Positions 42,001 through 55,360 of a DNA stretch of 64,000 nucleotides are shown one piece after another. Position 1 is the first letter of the stretch. Each line of letters opens with the position of its first letter. The notes below the pieces were generated by a model. The model was not told where the DNA came from. It searched no databases and worked only from the letters and a program-made list of their open reading frames with translations. The DNA is taken from NCBI GenBank assembly GCA_964016885.1, contig OZ024744.1, positions 27,342,001 through 27,406,000 of the forward strand, in the 5' to 3' direction. The position numbers and the translations under genes were made by a program. The stretch comes from Eledone cirrhosa (Eukaryota).

Positions 42001-45000
42001 TGTCCACTGCTACGGCTAGGCATCTCAGTGCATGTGGTGGTAAGAAGGGGGGTAACCTTAGGGCCAGGGACACCAGAAGTCTCCAGTGTTACGGCTAGGC
42101 ATCTCAGTGCATGTGGTGGTAAGAAGGGAGGTAACCTTAGGGCCAAGGAGACCAGAAGTCTCCACAGCTACGGCTAGGCATCTCAGTGCATGTGGTGGTA
42201 AGAAGGGAGGTAACCTTAGGGCCAAGGACACCAGAAGTCTCCACTGCTACGGCTAGGCATCTCAGTGCATGTGATGTTAAGAAGGGAAGGAACCTTAGGG
42301 CCAGGGACACCAGAAGTCTCCACTGTTACGGCTAGGCATCTCAGTGCATGTGGTGGTAAGAAGGGAGGGAACCTTAGGGCCAGGGACACCAGAAGTCTCC
42401 ACTGTTACGGCTAGGCATCTCAGTGCATGTGGTGGTAAGAAGGGAGGGAACCTTAGGGCCAGGCACATCAGAAGTCTCCACTGCTACGGCTAGGCATCTC
42501 AGTGCATGTGGTGGTAAGAAAGGGAGGTAACCTTAGGGCCAGGGACACGAGAAGTCTCCACTGCTACGGCTAGGCATCTGAGTGCATGTGGTGTCAAGAA
42601 AGGAGGTAACCTTAGGGCCAAGGACACCAGAAGTCTCCACTGCTACGGCTAGGCATCTCAGTGCATGTGGTGGTAAGAGGGAGGTAAACTTAGGGCCAGG
42701 GACACCAGAAGTCTCCACTGCTACGGCTAGGCATCTCAGTGCATGTGGTGGTAAAGAGGGAGGTAACCTTAGGGCCAGGGACACCAGACGTCTCCACTGC
42801 TACGGCTAGGCATCTCAGTGCATGTGGTGGTAAGAAGGGAGGTAACCTTAGGGCCAGGGACACCAGAAGTCTCCACTGCTACGGCTATGCATCTCAGTGC
42901 ATGTGGTGGTAAGAAGGGAGGTAAACTTAGGGCCAGGGACACCAGAAGTCTCCACTGTTACGGCTAGGCCTGTCAGTGCATGTGGTGGTAAGAAGGGAGG
43001 TAACCTTAGGTCCAAGGACACAAGAAGTCTCCACTCTTACGGCTAGGCATCTCAGTGCATGTGGTGGTAAGGAGGGAGGTAACCTTAGGGCCAGGGACAC
43101 CAGAAGACTCCACTGCTACGGCTAGGCATCTCAGTGCATGTTGTGGTAAGAGGGGAGGTAACCTTAGGGCCAAGGACACCAGAAGTCTCCACTGTTACGG
43201 CTAGGCATGTCAGTGCATGTGGTGGTAAGAAGGGAGGGAACCTTAAGGCCAGGGACACCAGAAGTCTCCACCGTTATGGCTAGGCATCTCAGTGCATGTG
43301 GTGGTAAGAAGGGAGGGAACCTTAGGGCCAGGCACACCAGAAGTCTCCACTGCTACGGCTAGGCATCTCAGTGCATGTGGTGGTAAGAAAGGAGGTAACC
43401 TTAGGGCCAGGGACACCAGAAGTCTCCACTATTACGGCTTGGCATGTCAGTGCATGTGGTGGTAAGGAGGGAGGTAACCTTAGGGCCAGGGATACCAGAA
43501 GTCTCCACTGTTACGGCTAGGCATCTCAGTGCATTTGGTGGTAAGAAGGGAGGTAACCTTAAGGCCAGGGACACCGAAGTCTCCACTGTTACGGCTAGGC
43601 ATGTCAGTGCATGTGGTGGTAAAGAGGGAGGTAACCTTAGGGCCAGGGACACCAGAAGACTCCACTGTTACGGCTAGGCATGTCAGTGCATGTGGTGGTA
43701 AGAAGCGAGGTAACCTTAGGGCCAGGGACACCAGAAGTGTCCACTGCTACGGCTAGGCATCTCAGTGCATGTGGTGGTAAGAAGGGAGGTAACATTAAGG
43801 CCAGGGACACCAGAAGTCTCCAGTGTTACGGCTAGGCATCTCAGTGCATGTGGTGGTAAGAAGGGAGGTAACCTTAGGGCCAAGGAGACCAGAAGTCTCC
43901 ACTGCTACGGCTAGGCATCTCAGTGCATGTGGTGGTAAGAGGGAGGTAAACTTAGGGCCAGGGACACCAGAAGTCTCCACTGCTACGGCTAGGCATCTCA
44001 GTGCATGTGGTGGTAAAGAGGGAGGTAACCTTAGGGCCAGGGACACCAGACGTCTCCACTGCTACGGCTAGGCATCTCAGTGCATGTGGTGGTAAGAAGG
44101 GAAGAAACCTTAGGGCCAGGGACACCAGAATTCTCCACTGTTACGGCTAGGCATCTCAGTGCATGTGGTGGTAAGAAGGGAGGGAACCTTAGGGCCAGGG
44201 ACACCAGAAGTCTCCAGTGTTACGGCTAGGCATCTCAGTGCATGTGGTGGTAAGAAGGGAAGTAACCTTAGGGCCAAGGACACCAGAAGTCTCCAGTGTT
44301 ACGGCTAGGCATCTCAGTGCATGTGGTGGTAAGAAGGGAAGAAACCTTAGGGCCAGGGACACCAGAATTCTCCACTGTTACGGCTAGGCATCTCAGTGCA
44401 TGTGGTGGTAAGAAGGGAGGGAACCTTAGGGCCAGGGACACCAGAAGTCTCCAGTGTTACGGCTAGGCATCTCAGTGCATGTTGTGGTAAGAAGGGAAGT
44501 AACCTTAGGGCCAAGGACACCAGAAGTCTCCACTGTTACGGCTAGGCATCTCAGTTCATGTGGTGGTAAGAAGGGAGGGACCTTAGGGCCAGGCACATCA
44601 GAAGTCTCTACTGCTACGGCTAGGCATCTCAGTGCATGTGGTGGTAAGAAAGGAGGTAACCTTAGGTCCAGAGACACCAGAAGTCTCCACTGTTACGGCT
44701 AGGCATCTCAGTGCATGTGGTGGTAAGAAGGGAGGTAACCTTAGGGCCAGGGACACCAGAAGTCTCCACTGCTACGGCTAGGCATCTCAGTGCATGTGGT
44801 GGTAAGAAGGGAGGTAACCTTAGGCCCAGGGACACCAGAAGTCTCCACTGCTACGGCTCGGCATCTCAGTTCATGTGGTGGTAAGAAGGGAGGTAACCTT
44901 AGGGCCAAGGACACCAGAAGTCTCCACTGCTACGGCTAAGCATCTCAGTGCATGTGGTGGTAAGAGGGAGGTAACCTTAGGGCCAGGGACACCAGAAGTC

Positions 45001-48000
45001 TCCACTGTTAAGGCTTGGCATCTCAGTGCATGTGGTGGTAAAGAGGGAGGTAACCTTAGGGCCAGGGACACCAGAAGTGTCCACTGCTACGGCTAGGCAT
45101 CTCAGTGCATGTGGTGGTAAGAAGGGAGGTAACCTTAGGGCCAAGGAGACCAGAAGTCTCCACAGCTACGGCTAGGCATCTCAGTGCATGTGGTGGTAAG
45201 AAGGGAGGTAACCTTAGGGCCAAGGACACCAGAAGTCTCCACTGCTACGGCTAGGCATCTCAGTGCATGTGGTGGTAAGAAGGGAAGAAACCTTAGGGCC
45301 AGGGACACCAGAATTCTCCACTGTTACGGCTAGGCATCTCAGTGCATGTGGTGGTAAGAAGGGAGGGAACCTTAGGGCCAGGGACACCAGAAGTCTCCAC
45401 TGTTACGGCTAGACATCTCAGTGCATGTGGTGGTAAGAAGGGAGGTAACCTTAGGGCCAGGGACAGCAGAAGTCTCCACTGCTACGGCTAGGCATCTCAG
45501 TGCATGTGGTGGTAAGAAGGGAGGTAACCTTAGGGCCAGGGACACCAGAAGTTTACACTGTTACGGCTAGGCATATCAGTGCATGTGGTGGTAAGAAGGA
45601 GGTAACCTTAGGGCCAGGGACACCAGAAGACTCCACTGTTACGGCTAGGCATCTCAGTGCATGTGGTGGTAAGAACGGAGGTAACCTTAGGGCCAGGGAC
45701 ACCAGAAGTCTCCACTGTTACGGCTAGGCATCTCACTTCATGTGGTGGTAAGAAGGGAGGTAACCTTAGGGCCAAGGACACCAGAAGTCTCCACTGCTAC
45801 GGCTAGGCATCTCAGTGCATGTGGTGGTAAGAAGGGAGGTAAACTTAGGGCCAGGGACACCAGAAGACTCCACTGTTACGGCTAGGCATCTCAGTGCATG
45901 TGGTGGTAAAGAGGGAGGTAAGCTTAGGGCCAGGGACACCAGACGTCTCCACTGCTACGGCTAGGCATCTCAGTGCATGTGGTGGTAAGAAGGGAGGTAA
46001 ACCTAGGGCCAGGGACACCAGAAGTCTCCACTGTTACGGCTAGGCATGTCAGTGCATGTGGTGGTAAGCAGGGAGGTAACCTTAGGTCCAGGGACACCTG
46101 AAGTCTCCACTGTTACGGCTAGTCATCTCAGTGCATGTAGTGGTAAGAAGGGAGGTAACCTTAGGTCCAAGGACACAAGAAGTCTCCACTGTTACGGCTA
46201 GGCATCTCAGTGCATGTGGTGGTAAGAAGGGAGGTAACCTTAGGGCCAGGGACACCAGACGTCTCCACTGCTACGGCTAGGCATCTCAGTGCATGTGGTG
46301 GTAAGAAGGGAGGTAACCTTAGGGCGAAGGATACCAGAAGTCTCCACTGTTACGGCTAGGCATCTCAGTGCATGTGGTGGTAAGAAGGAAGTAACCTTAG
46401 GGCCAGGGACACCAGAAGTCTCCACTATTACGGCTTGGCATGTCAGTGCATGTGGTGGTAAGGAGGGAGGTAACTTTAGGGCCAAGGATACCAGAAGTCT
46501 CCACTGTTACGGCTAGGCATCTCAGTGCATGTGGTGGTAAGAAGGGAGGTAACCTTAAGGCCAGGGACACCAGAAGTCTCCACTGTTACGGCTAGGCATG
46601 TCAGTGCATGTGGTGGTAAAGAGGGAGGTAACCTTAGAGCCAGGGACACCAGAAGTCTCCACTGTTACGGCTAGGCATGTCAGTGCATGTGGTGGTAAGA
46701 AGGGAGGTAACCTTAGGGCCAGGGACACCAGAAGTGTCCACTGCTACGGCTAGGCATCTCAGTGCATGTGGTGGTAAGAAGGGAGGTAACCTTAAGGCTA
46801 GGGACACCAGAAGTCTCCAGTGTTACGGCTAGGCATCTCAGTGCATGTGGTGGTAAGAAGGGAGGTAACCTTAGGGCCAAGGAGACCAGAAGTCTCCACA
46901 GCTACGGCTAGGCATCTCAGTGCATGTGGTGGTAAGAAGGGAGGTAACCTTAGGTCCAGGGACACCAGAAGTCTCCACTGTTACGGCTAGGCATCTCACT
47001 TCATGTGGTGGTAAGAAGGAAGGAACCGTAGGGCCAGGGACACCAGAAGTCTCCACTGTTACGGCTAGGCATCTCAGTGCATGTGGTGGTAAGAAGGGAA
47101 GAAACCTTAGGGCCAGGGACACCAGAATTCTCCACTGTTACGGCTAGGCATCTCAGTGCATGTGGTGGTAAGAAGGGAGGTAACCTTAGGCCCAGGGACA
47201 CCAGAAGTCTCCACTGCTACGGCTCGGCATCTCAGTTCATGTGGTGGTAAGAAGGGAGGTAACCTTAGGGGCAAGGATACCAGAAGTCTCCACTGTTACG
47301 GCTAGGCATCTCAGTGCATGTGGTGGTAAGAAGGGAGGTAACCTTAGGGCCAGGGACAGCAGAAGTCTCCACTGCTACGGCTAGGCATCTCAGTGCATGT
47401 GGTGGTAAGAAGGGAGGTAACCTTAGGGCCAGGGACACCAGAAGTTTACACTGTTACGGCTAGGCATCTCAGTGCATGTGGTGGTAAATAGGGAGGTAAG
47501 CTTAGGGCCAGGGACACCAGACGTCTCAACTGCTACGGCTAGGCATCTCAGTGCATGTGGTGGTAAGAAGGGAGGTAAACTTAGGGCCAGGGACACCAGA
47601 AGTCTCCACTGTTACGGCTAGGCATGTCAGTGCATGTGGTGGTAAGAAGGGAGGTAACCTTAGGTCCAGGGACACCAGAAGTCTCCACTGTTACGGCTAG
47701 TCATCTCAGTGCATGTGGTGGCAAGAAGAGAGGTAACCTTAGGGCGAAGGACACCAGAAATCTCCACTGTTACGGCTAGGCATCTCAGTGCATGTGGTGG
47801 TAAGAAGGGAAGAAACCTTAGGGCCAGGGACACCAGAAGTCTCCACTGTTACGGCTAGGCATCTCAGTGCATGTGGTGGTAAGAAGGGAGGGAACCTTAG
47901 GGCCAGGGACACCAGAAGTCTCCACTGTTACGGCTAGGCATCTCAGTGCATGTGGTGGTAAGAAGGGAGGGAACCTTAGGGCCAGGCACATCGGAAGTCT

Positions 48001-51000
48001 CCACTGCTACGGCTCGGCATCTCAGTTCATGTGGTGGTAAGAAGGGAGGTAACCTTAGGGCCAAGGACACCAGAAGTCTCCACTGTTACGGCTAGGCATC
48101 TCAGTGCATGTGGTGGTAAGAAGGGAGGTAACCTTAGGGCCAAGGACACCAGAAGTCTCCACTGCTACGGCTAGGCATCTCAGTGCATGTGGTGGTAAGA
48201 AGGGAAGAAACCTTAGGGCCAGGGACACCAGAATTCTCCACTGTTACGGCTAGGCATCTCAGTGCATGTGGTGGTAAGAAGGGAGGGAACCTTAGGGCCA
48301 GGGACACCAGAAGTCTCCATTGTTACGGCTAGGCATCTCAGTGCATGTGGTGGTAAGAAGGGAGGGAATCTTAGGGCCAGGCACATCAGAAGTCTCCACT
48401 GCTACGGCTAGGCATCTCAGTGCATGTGGTGGTAAGAAAGGAGGTAACCTTAGGTCCAGGGACACCAGAAGTCTCCACTGTTACGGCTAGGCATCTCAGT
48501 GCATGTGGTGGTAAGAAGGGAGGTAACCTTAGGGCCAGTGACACCAGAAGTCTCCACTGCTACGGCTAGGCATCTCAGTGCATGTGGTGGTAAGAAGGGA
48601 GGTAACCTTAGGCCCAGGTACACCAGAAGTCTCCACTGCTACGGCTCGGCATCTCAGTTCATGTGGTGGTAAGAAGGGAGGTAACCTTAGCGCCAAGGAT
48701 ACCAGAAGTCTCAACTGTTACGGCTAGGCATCTCAGTGCATGTGGTGGTAAGAAGGGAGGTAACCTTAGGGCCAGGGACACCAGAAGTCTCCACTGCTAC
48801 GGCTAGGCATCTCAATGCATATGGTGGTAAGAAGGGAGGTAACCTTAGGGCCAGGGACACCAGAAGACTCCACTGTTACGGCTAGGCATCTCAGTGCATG
48901 TGGTGGTAAAGAGGGAGGTAAGCTTAGGGCCAGGGACACCAGACGTCTCCACTGCTACGGCTAGGCATCTCAGTGCATGTGGTGGTAAGAAGGGAGGTAA
49001 ACTTAGGGCCAGGGACACCAGAAGTCTCCACTGTTACGGCTAGGCATGTCAGTGCATGTGGTGGTAAGAAGGGAGGTAACCTTAGGTCCAGGGACACCAG
49101 AAGTCTCCACTGTTACGGCTAGTCATCTCAGTGCATGTGGTGGTAAGAAGGGAGGTAACCTTAGGTCGAAGGACACCAGAAGTCTCCACTGTTACGGCTA
49201 GGCATCTCAGTGCATGTGGTGGTAAGAAGGGAGGTAACCTTAGGGCCAGGGACACCAGAAGTCTCCAGTGTTACGGCTAGGCATCTCAGTGCATGTGGTG
49301 GTAAGAAGGGAGGTAACCTTAGGGCCAAGGAGACCAGAAGTCTCCACAGCTACGGCTAGGCATCTCAGTGAATGTGGTGGTAAGAAGGGAGGTAACCTTA
49401 GGGCCAAGGACACCAGAAGTCTCCACTGCTACGGCTAGGCATCTCAGTGCATGTGGTGGTAAGAAGGGAAGAAACCTTAGGGCCAGGGACACCAGAAGTT
49501 TACACTGTTACGGCTAGGCATATAAGTGCATGTGGTGGTAAGAAGGAAGTAACCTTAGGGCCAGGGACACCAGAAGACTCCACTGTTACGGCTAGGCATC
49601 TCAGTGCATGTGGTGGTAAGAAGGGAGGGAACCTTAGGGCCAGGGACACCAGAAATCTCCACTGTTACGGCTAGGCATCTCCCTTCATGTGGTGGTAAGA
49701 AGGGAGGTAACCTTAGGGCCAAGGACACCAGAAGTCTCCACTGCTACGGCTAGGCATCTCAGTGCATATGGTGGTAAGAAGGGAGGTAACCTTAGGGCCA
49801 GGGACACCAGAAGACTCCACTGTTACGGCTAGGCATCTCAGTGCATGTGGTGGTAAAGAGGGAGGTAAGCTTAGGGCCAGGGACACCAGACGTCTCCACT
49901 GCTACGGCTAGGCATCTCAGTGCATGTGGTGGTAAGAAGGGAGGTAAACTTAGGGCCAGGGACACCAGAAGTCTCCACTGTTACGGCTAGGCATGTCAGT
50001 GCATGTGGTGGTAAGAATGGAGGTAACCTTAGGTCCAGGGACACCAGAAGTCTCCACTGTTACGGCTAGTCATCTCAGTGCATGTGGTGGTAAGAAGGGA
50101 GGTAACCTAAGGCGAAGGACACCAGAAGTCTCCACTGTTACGGCTAGGCATCTCAGTGCATGTGGTGGTAAGAAGGAAGTAACCTTAGGGCCAGGGACAC
50201 CAGAAGTCTCCACTGCTACGGCTAGGCATGTCAGTGCATGTGGTGGTAAGAAGGAAGTAACCTTAGGGCCAGGGACACCAGAAGTCTCCACTGCTACGGC
50301 TAGGCATCTCAGTGCATGTGGTGGTAAGAAGGGAGGTAACCTTCGGGCCAGGGACAGCAGAAGTCTCCACTGTTACGGCTAGGCATCTCAGTGCATGTGG
50401 TGGTAAGAAGGGAGGTAACCTTAGGGCCAAGGACACCAGAAGTCTCCACTGTTACGGCTAGGCATCTCAGTGCATGTGGTGGTAAGAAGGGAGGTAACCT
50501 TAAGGCCAGGGACACCAGAAGACTCCACTGCTACGGCTAGGCATGTCAGTGCATGTGGTGGTAAGAAGGGAGGTAACCTTAGGGCCAGGGACACCAGAAG
50601 TGTCCACTGCTACGGCTAGGCATCTCAGTGCATGTGGTGGTAAGAAGGGAGGTAACCTTAAGGCCAGGGACACCAGAAGTCTCCAGTGTTACGGCTAGGC
50701 ATCTCAGTGCATGTGGTGGTAAGAAGGGAGGTAACCTTAGGGCCAAGGAGACCAGAAGTCTCCACAGCTACGGCTAGGCATCTCAGTGAATGTGGTGGTA
50801 AGAAGGGAGGTAACCTTAGGGCCAAGGACACCAGAAGTCTCCACTGCTACGGCTAGGCATCTCAGTGCATGTAGTGGTAAGAAGGGAGGGAACCTTAGGG
50901 CCAGGGACACCAGAAGTTTACACTGTTACGGCTAGGCATATCATTGCATGTGGTGGTAAGAAGGAGGTAACCTTAGGGCCAGGGACACCAGAAGACTCCA

Positions 51001-54000
51001 CTGTTACGGCTAGGCATCTCAGTGCATGTGGTGGTAAGAAGGGAGGTAACCTTAGGGCCAGGGACACCAGAAGTCTCCACTGTTACGGCTAGGCATCTCA
51101 CTTCATGTGGTGGTAAGAAGGGAGGTAACCTTAGGGCCAAGGACACCAGAAGTCTCCACTGCTACGGCTAGGCATCTCAGTGCATGTGGTGGTAAGAAGG
51201 GAGGTAACCTTAGGGCCAGGGACACCAGAAGACTCCACTGTTACGGCTAGGCATCTCAGTGCATGTGGTGGTTAAGAGGGAGGTAAGCTTAGGGCCAGGG
51301 ACACCAGACGTCTCCACTGCTACGGCTAGGCATCTCAGTGCAAGTGGTGGTAAGAAGGGAGGTAAACTTAGGGCCAGGGACACCAGAAGTCTCCACTGTT
51401 ACGGCTAGGCATCTCAGTGCATGTGGTGGTAAGAAGGGAGGTAACCTTAGGTCCAGGGACACCAGAAGTCTCCACTGTTACGGCTAGTCATCTCAGTGCA
51501 TGTGGTGGTAAGAAGGGAGGTAACCTTAGGTCCAAGGACACAAGAAGTCTCCACTGTTACTGCTAGGCATCTCAGTGCATGTGGTGGTAAGAAGGGAGGT
51601 AACCTTAGGGCCAGGGACACCAGACGCCTCCACTGCTACGGCTAGGCATCTCAGTGCATGTGGTGGTAAGAAGGGAGGTAACCTTAGGGCGAAGGACACC
51701 AGAAGTCTCCACTGTTACGGCTAGGCATCTCAGTGCATGTGGTGGTAAGAAGGAAGTAACCTTAGGGCCAGGGACACCAGAAGTCTCCACTGCTACGGCT
51801 AGACATCTCAGTGCTTGTGGTGGTAAGAAGGGAGGTAACCTTCGGGCCAGGGACAGCAGAAGTCTCCACTGTTACGGCTAGGCATCTCAGTGCATGTGGT
51901 GGTAAGAAGGGAGGTAACCTTAGGGCCAAGGACACCAGAAGTCTCCACTGCTACGGCTAGGCATCTCAGTGCATGTGGTGGTAAGAAGGGAGGTAACCTC
52001 AGCGCCAGGGACACCAGAAGTCTCCACTGCTACGGCTAGGCATGTCAGTGCATGTGGTGGTAAGAAGGGAGGTAAACTTAGGGCCAAGGACACCAGAAGA
52101 CTCCACTGTTACGGCTAGGCATGTCAGTGCATGTGGTGGTAAGAAGGGCGGTAACCTTAGGGCCAGGGACAACAGAAGACTCCACTGTTACGGCTAGGCA
52201 TGACAGTGCATGTGGTGGTAAGAAGGGAGGTAACCTTAGGGCCAAGGACACCAGAAGTCTCCACTGCTACGGCTAGGCATCTCAGTGCATGTGGTGGTAA
52301 GAAGGGAGGGAACATTAGGGCCAGGCACACCAGAAGTCTCCACTGCTACGGCTAGGCATCTCAGTGCATGTGGTGGTAAGAAGGGAGGTAACCTTAGGGC
52401 CAAGGACACCAGAAGTCTCCACTGCTACGGCTAGGCATCTCAGTGCATGTGGTGGTAAGAAGGGAGGTAACCTTAGGGCCAGGGACACCAGAAGTCTCCA
52501 CTGCTACGGCTAGGCATCTCAGTGCATGTGGTGGTAAGAAGGGAGGTAACCTTAGGCCCAGGGATACCAGAAGTCTCCACTGCTACGGCTCGGCATCTCA
52601 GTTCATGTGGTGGTAAGAAGGGAGGTAACCTTAGGGCCAAGGATACCAGAAGTCTCCACTGTTACGGCTAGGCATCTCAGTGCATGAGGTGGTAAGAAGG
52701 GAGGTAACCTTAGGGCCAGGGACACCAGAAGACTCCACTGTTACGGCTAGGCATCTCAGTGCATGTGGTGGTAAGAAGGGAGGTAACCTTAGGGCCAGGG
52801 ACACCAGAAGTTTACACTGTTACGGCTAGGCACATCAGTGCATGTGGTGGTAAGAAGGAGGTAACCTTAGGGCCAGGGACACCAGAAGTCTCCACTGTTA
52901 CGGCTAGGCATGTCAGTGCATGTGGTGGTAAGAAGGGAGGTAACCTTAGGTCCAGGGACACCAGAAGTCTCCACTGTTACGGCTAGTCATCTCAGTGCAT
53001 GTGGTGGTAAGAAGGGAGGTAACCTTAGGTCCAAGGACACAAGAAGTCTCCACTGTTACGGCTAGGCATCTCAGTGCATGTGGTGGTAAGAAGGGAGGTA
53101 ACCTTCGGGCCAGGGACAGCAGAAGTCTCCACTGTTACGGCTAGGCATCTCAGTGCATGTGGTGGTAAGAAGGGATGTAACCTTAGGGCCAAGGACACCA
53201 GAAGTCTCCACTGCTACGGCTAGGCATCTCAGTGCATGTGGTGGTAAAAGGGAGGTAACGTTAGGGCCAGGGACACCAGAAGACTCCACTGCTACGGCTA
53301 GGCATGTCAGTGCATGTGGTGGTAAGAAGGGAGGTAACCTTAGGTCCAGGGACACCAGAAGTCTCCACTGTTACGGCTAGGCATCTCAGTGCATGTGGTG
53401 GTAAGAAGGGAGGTAACCTTAGGGCCAGGGACACCAGACGTCTCCACTGCTACGGCTAGGCATCTCAGTGCATGTGGTGGTAAGAAGGGAGGTAACCTTA
53501 GGGCCAGGGACACCAGACGTCTCCACTGCTACGGCTAGGCATCTCAGTGCATGTGGTGGTAAGAAGGGAGGTAACCTTAGGGCCAGGGACACCAGACGTC
53601 TCCACTGCTACGGCTAGGCATCTCAGTGCATGTGGTGGTAAGAAGGGAGGTAAACGTAGGGCCAGGGACACCAGAAGTCTCCACTGTTACGGCTAGGCAT
53701 GTCAGTGCATGTGGTGGTAAGAAGGGAGGTAACCTTAGGTCCAGGGACACCAGAAGTCTCCACTGTTACGGCTAGTCATCTCAGTGCATGTGGTCGTAAG
53801 AAGGGAGGTAACCTTAGGTCCAAGGACACAAGAAGTCTCCACTGTTACGGCTAGGCATCTCAGTGCATGTGGTGGTAAGAAGGGAGGTAACCTTAGGGCC
53901 AGGGACACCAGACGTCTCCACTGCTACGGCTAGGCATCTCAGTGCATGTGGTGGTAAGAAGGGAGGTAACCTTAGGGCCAAGGACACCAGAAGTCTCCAC

Positions 54001-55268
54001 TGCTACGGCTAGGCATCTCAGTGCATGTGGTGGTAAGAAGGGAGGTAACCTTAGGGCCAGGGACACCAGAAGACTCCACTGCTACGGCTAGGCATGTCAG
54101 TGCATGTGGTGGTAAGAAGGGAGGTAACCACAGCGCCAGGGACACCAGAAGTCTCCACTGCTACGGCTAGGCATCTCAGTGCATGTGGTGGTAAGAAGGG
54201 AGGTAACCTTAGGGCCAGGGACACCAGAAGTCTCCACTGCTACGGCTAGGCATCTCAGTGCATGTGGTGGTAAGAAGGGAGGTAACCTTTGGGCCAGGGA
54301 CACCAGAAGTCTCCACTGCTACGGCTAGGCATCTCAGTGCATGTGGTGGTAAGAAGGGAGGGAACCTTAGGGTCAAGGACACCAGAAGGCTCCACTGCTA
54401 CGGCTAGGCATCTCAGTGCATGTGGTGGTAAGAAGGGAGGTAACCTTAGGGCCAGGGACACCACAAGTCTCCACTGTTACGGCTAGGCATCTCAGTGCAT
54501 GTGGTGGTAAGAAGGGAGGTAACCTTAGGGCCAGGGACACCAGAAGACTCCACTGTTACGGCTAGGCATGACAGTGCATGTGGTGGTAAGAAGGGAGGTA
54601 ACCTTAGGGCCAAGGACACCAGAAGTCTCCACTGCTACGGCTAGGCATCTCAGTGCATGTGGTGGTAAGAAGGGAGGTAACCTTAGGGTCAAGGATACCA
54701 GAAGGCTCCACTGCTACGGCTAGGCATCTCAGTGCATGTGGTGGTAAATGGGAGGTAACCTTAGGGCCAGGGACACCACAAGTCTCCACTGTTACGGCTA
54801 GGCATCTCAGTGCATGTGGTGGTAATAATGGAGGTAAACTTAGGGCCAAGGACACCAGAAGTCTCCACTGCTACGGCTAGGCATCTCAGTGCATGTGGTG
54901 GTAAGAAGGGAGGTAACCTTAGGGCCAGGGACACCAGAAGACTCCACTGTTACGGCTAGGCATCTCAGTGCATGTGGTGGTAAGAAGGGAGGTAACCTTA
55001 GGGCCAGGGACACCAGAAGTCTCCACAGTTACGGCTAGGCATCTCAGTGCATGTGGTGGTAAGGATGGAGGTAACCTTAGGGCCAGGGACACCAGAAGTC
55101 TCCACTGTTACAGCTAGGCATCTCAGTGCATGTGGTGGTAAGAAGGGAGGTAACCTTAGGGCCAAGGACACCAGAAGTCTCCACTGCTACGGCTAGGCAT
55201 CTCAGTGCATGTGGTGGTAAGAAGGGAGGTAACCTTAGGGCCAAGGACACCAGAAGTCTCCACTGCTA
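1..55268. repeat. 79-bp tandem satellite array, ~700 head-to-tail monomers; extends beyond the left edge of the window
   Basis: Monomer CACTG(T/C)TACGGCTAGGCATCTCAGTGCATGTGGTGGTAAGAAGGGAGGTAACCTTAGGGCCA(G/A)GGACACCAGAAGTCTC recurs every 79 bp (occasional 78/80-bp copies), one orientation, typically 0-4 substitutions per copy. Last partial copy ends CACTGCTA at 55268. Consensus base count 26G/17C/20A/16T. Confidence 0.99.
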
Positions 55269-55360
55269 GAACTATTGTAAATGAATTTTCAAATGTTCTT
55301 CGTAGAATTTTGTGAAAAATGCTAGCGATGCTTTTGTAGAATTTCAGAACCAAAGCCTAA

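Noticed and set aside
1-55268. CRISPR array or bacterial repeat system
   Set aside because: No unique spacers, no cas genes; flanks are eukaryotic retrotransposons.
1397-55353. About 100 short ORFs (MSLALRLPP..., MHVVVRREV...) in the satellite
   Set aside because: 79 is not a multiple of 3; each frame hits the same stops every three monomers and ORFs exceed 60 aa only where a 1-bp indel or point change removes a stop. Most begin at GTG/TTG.
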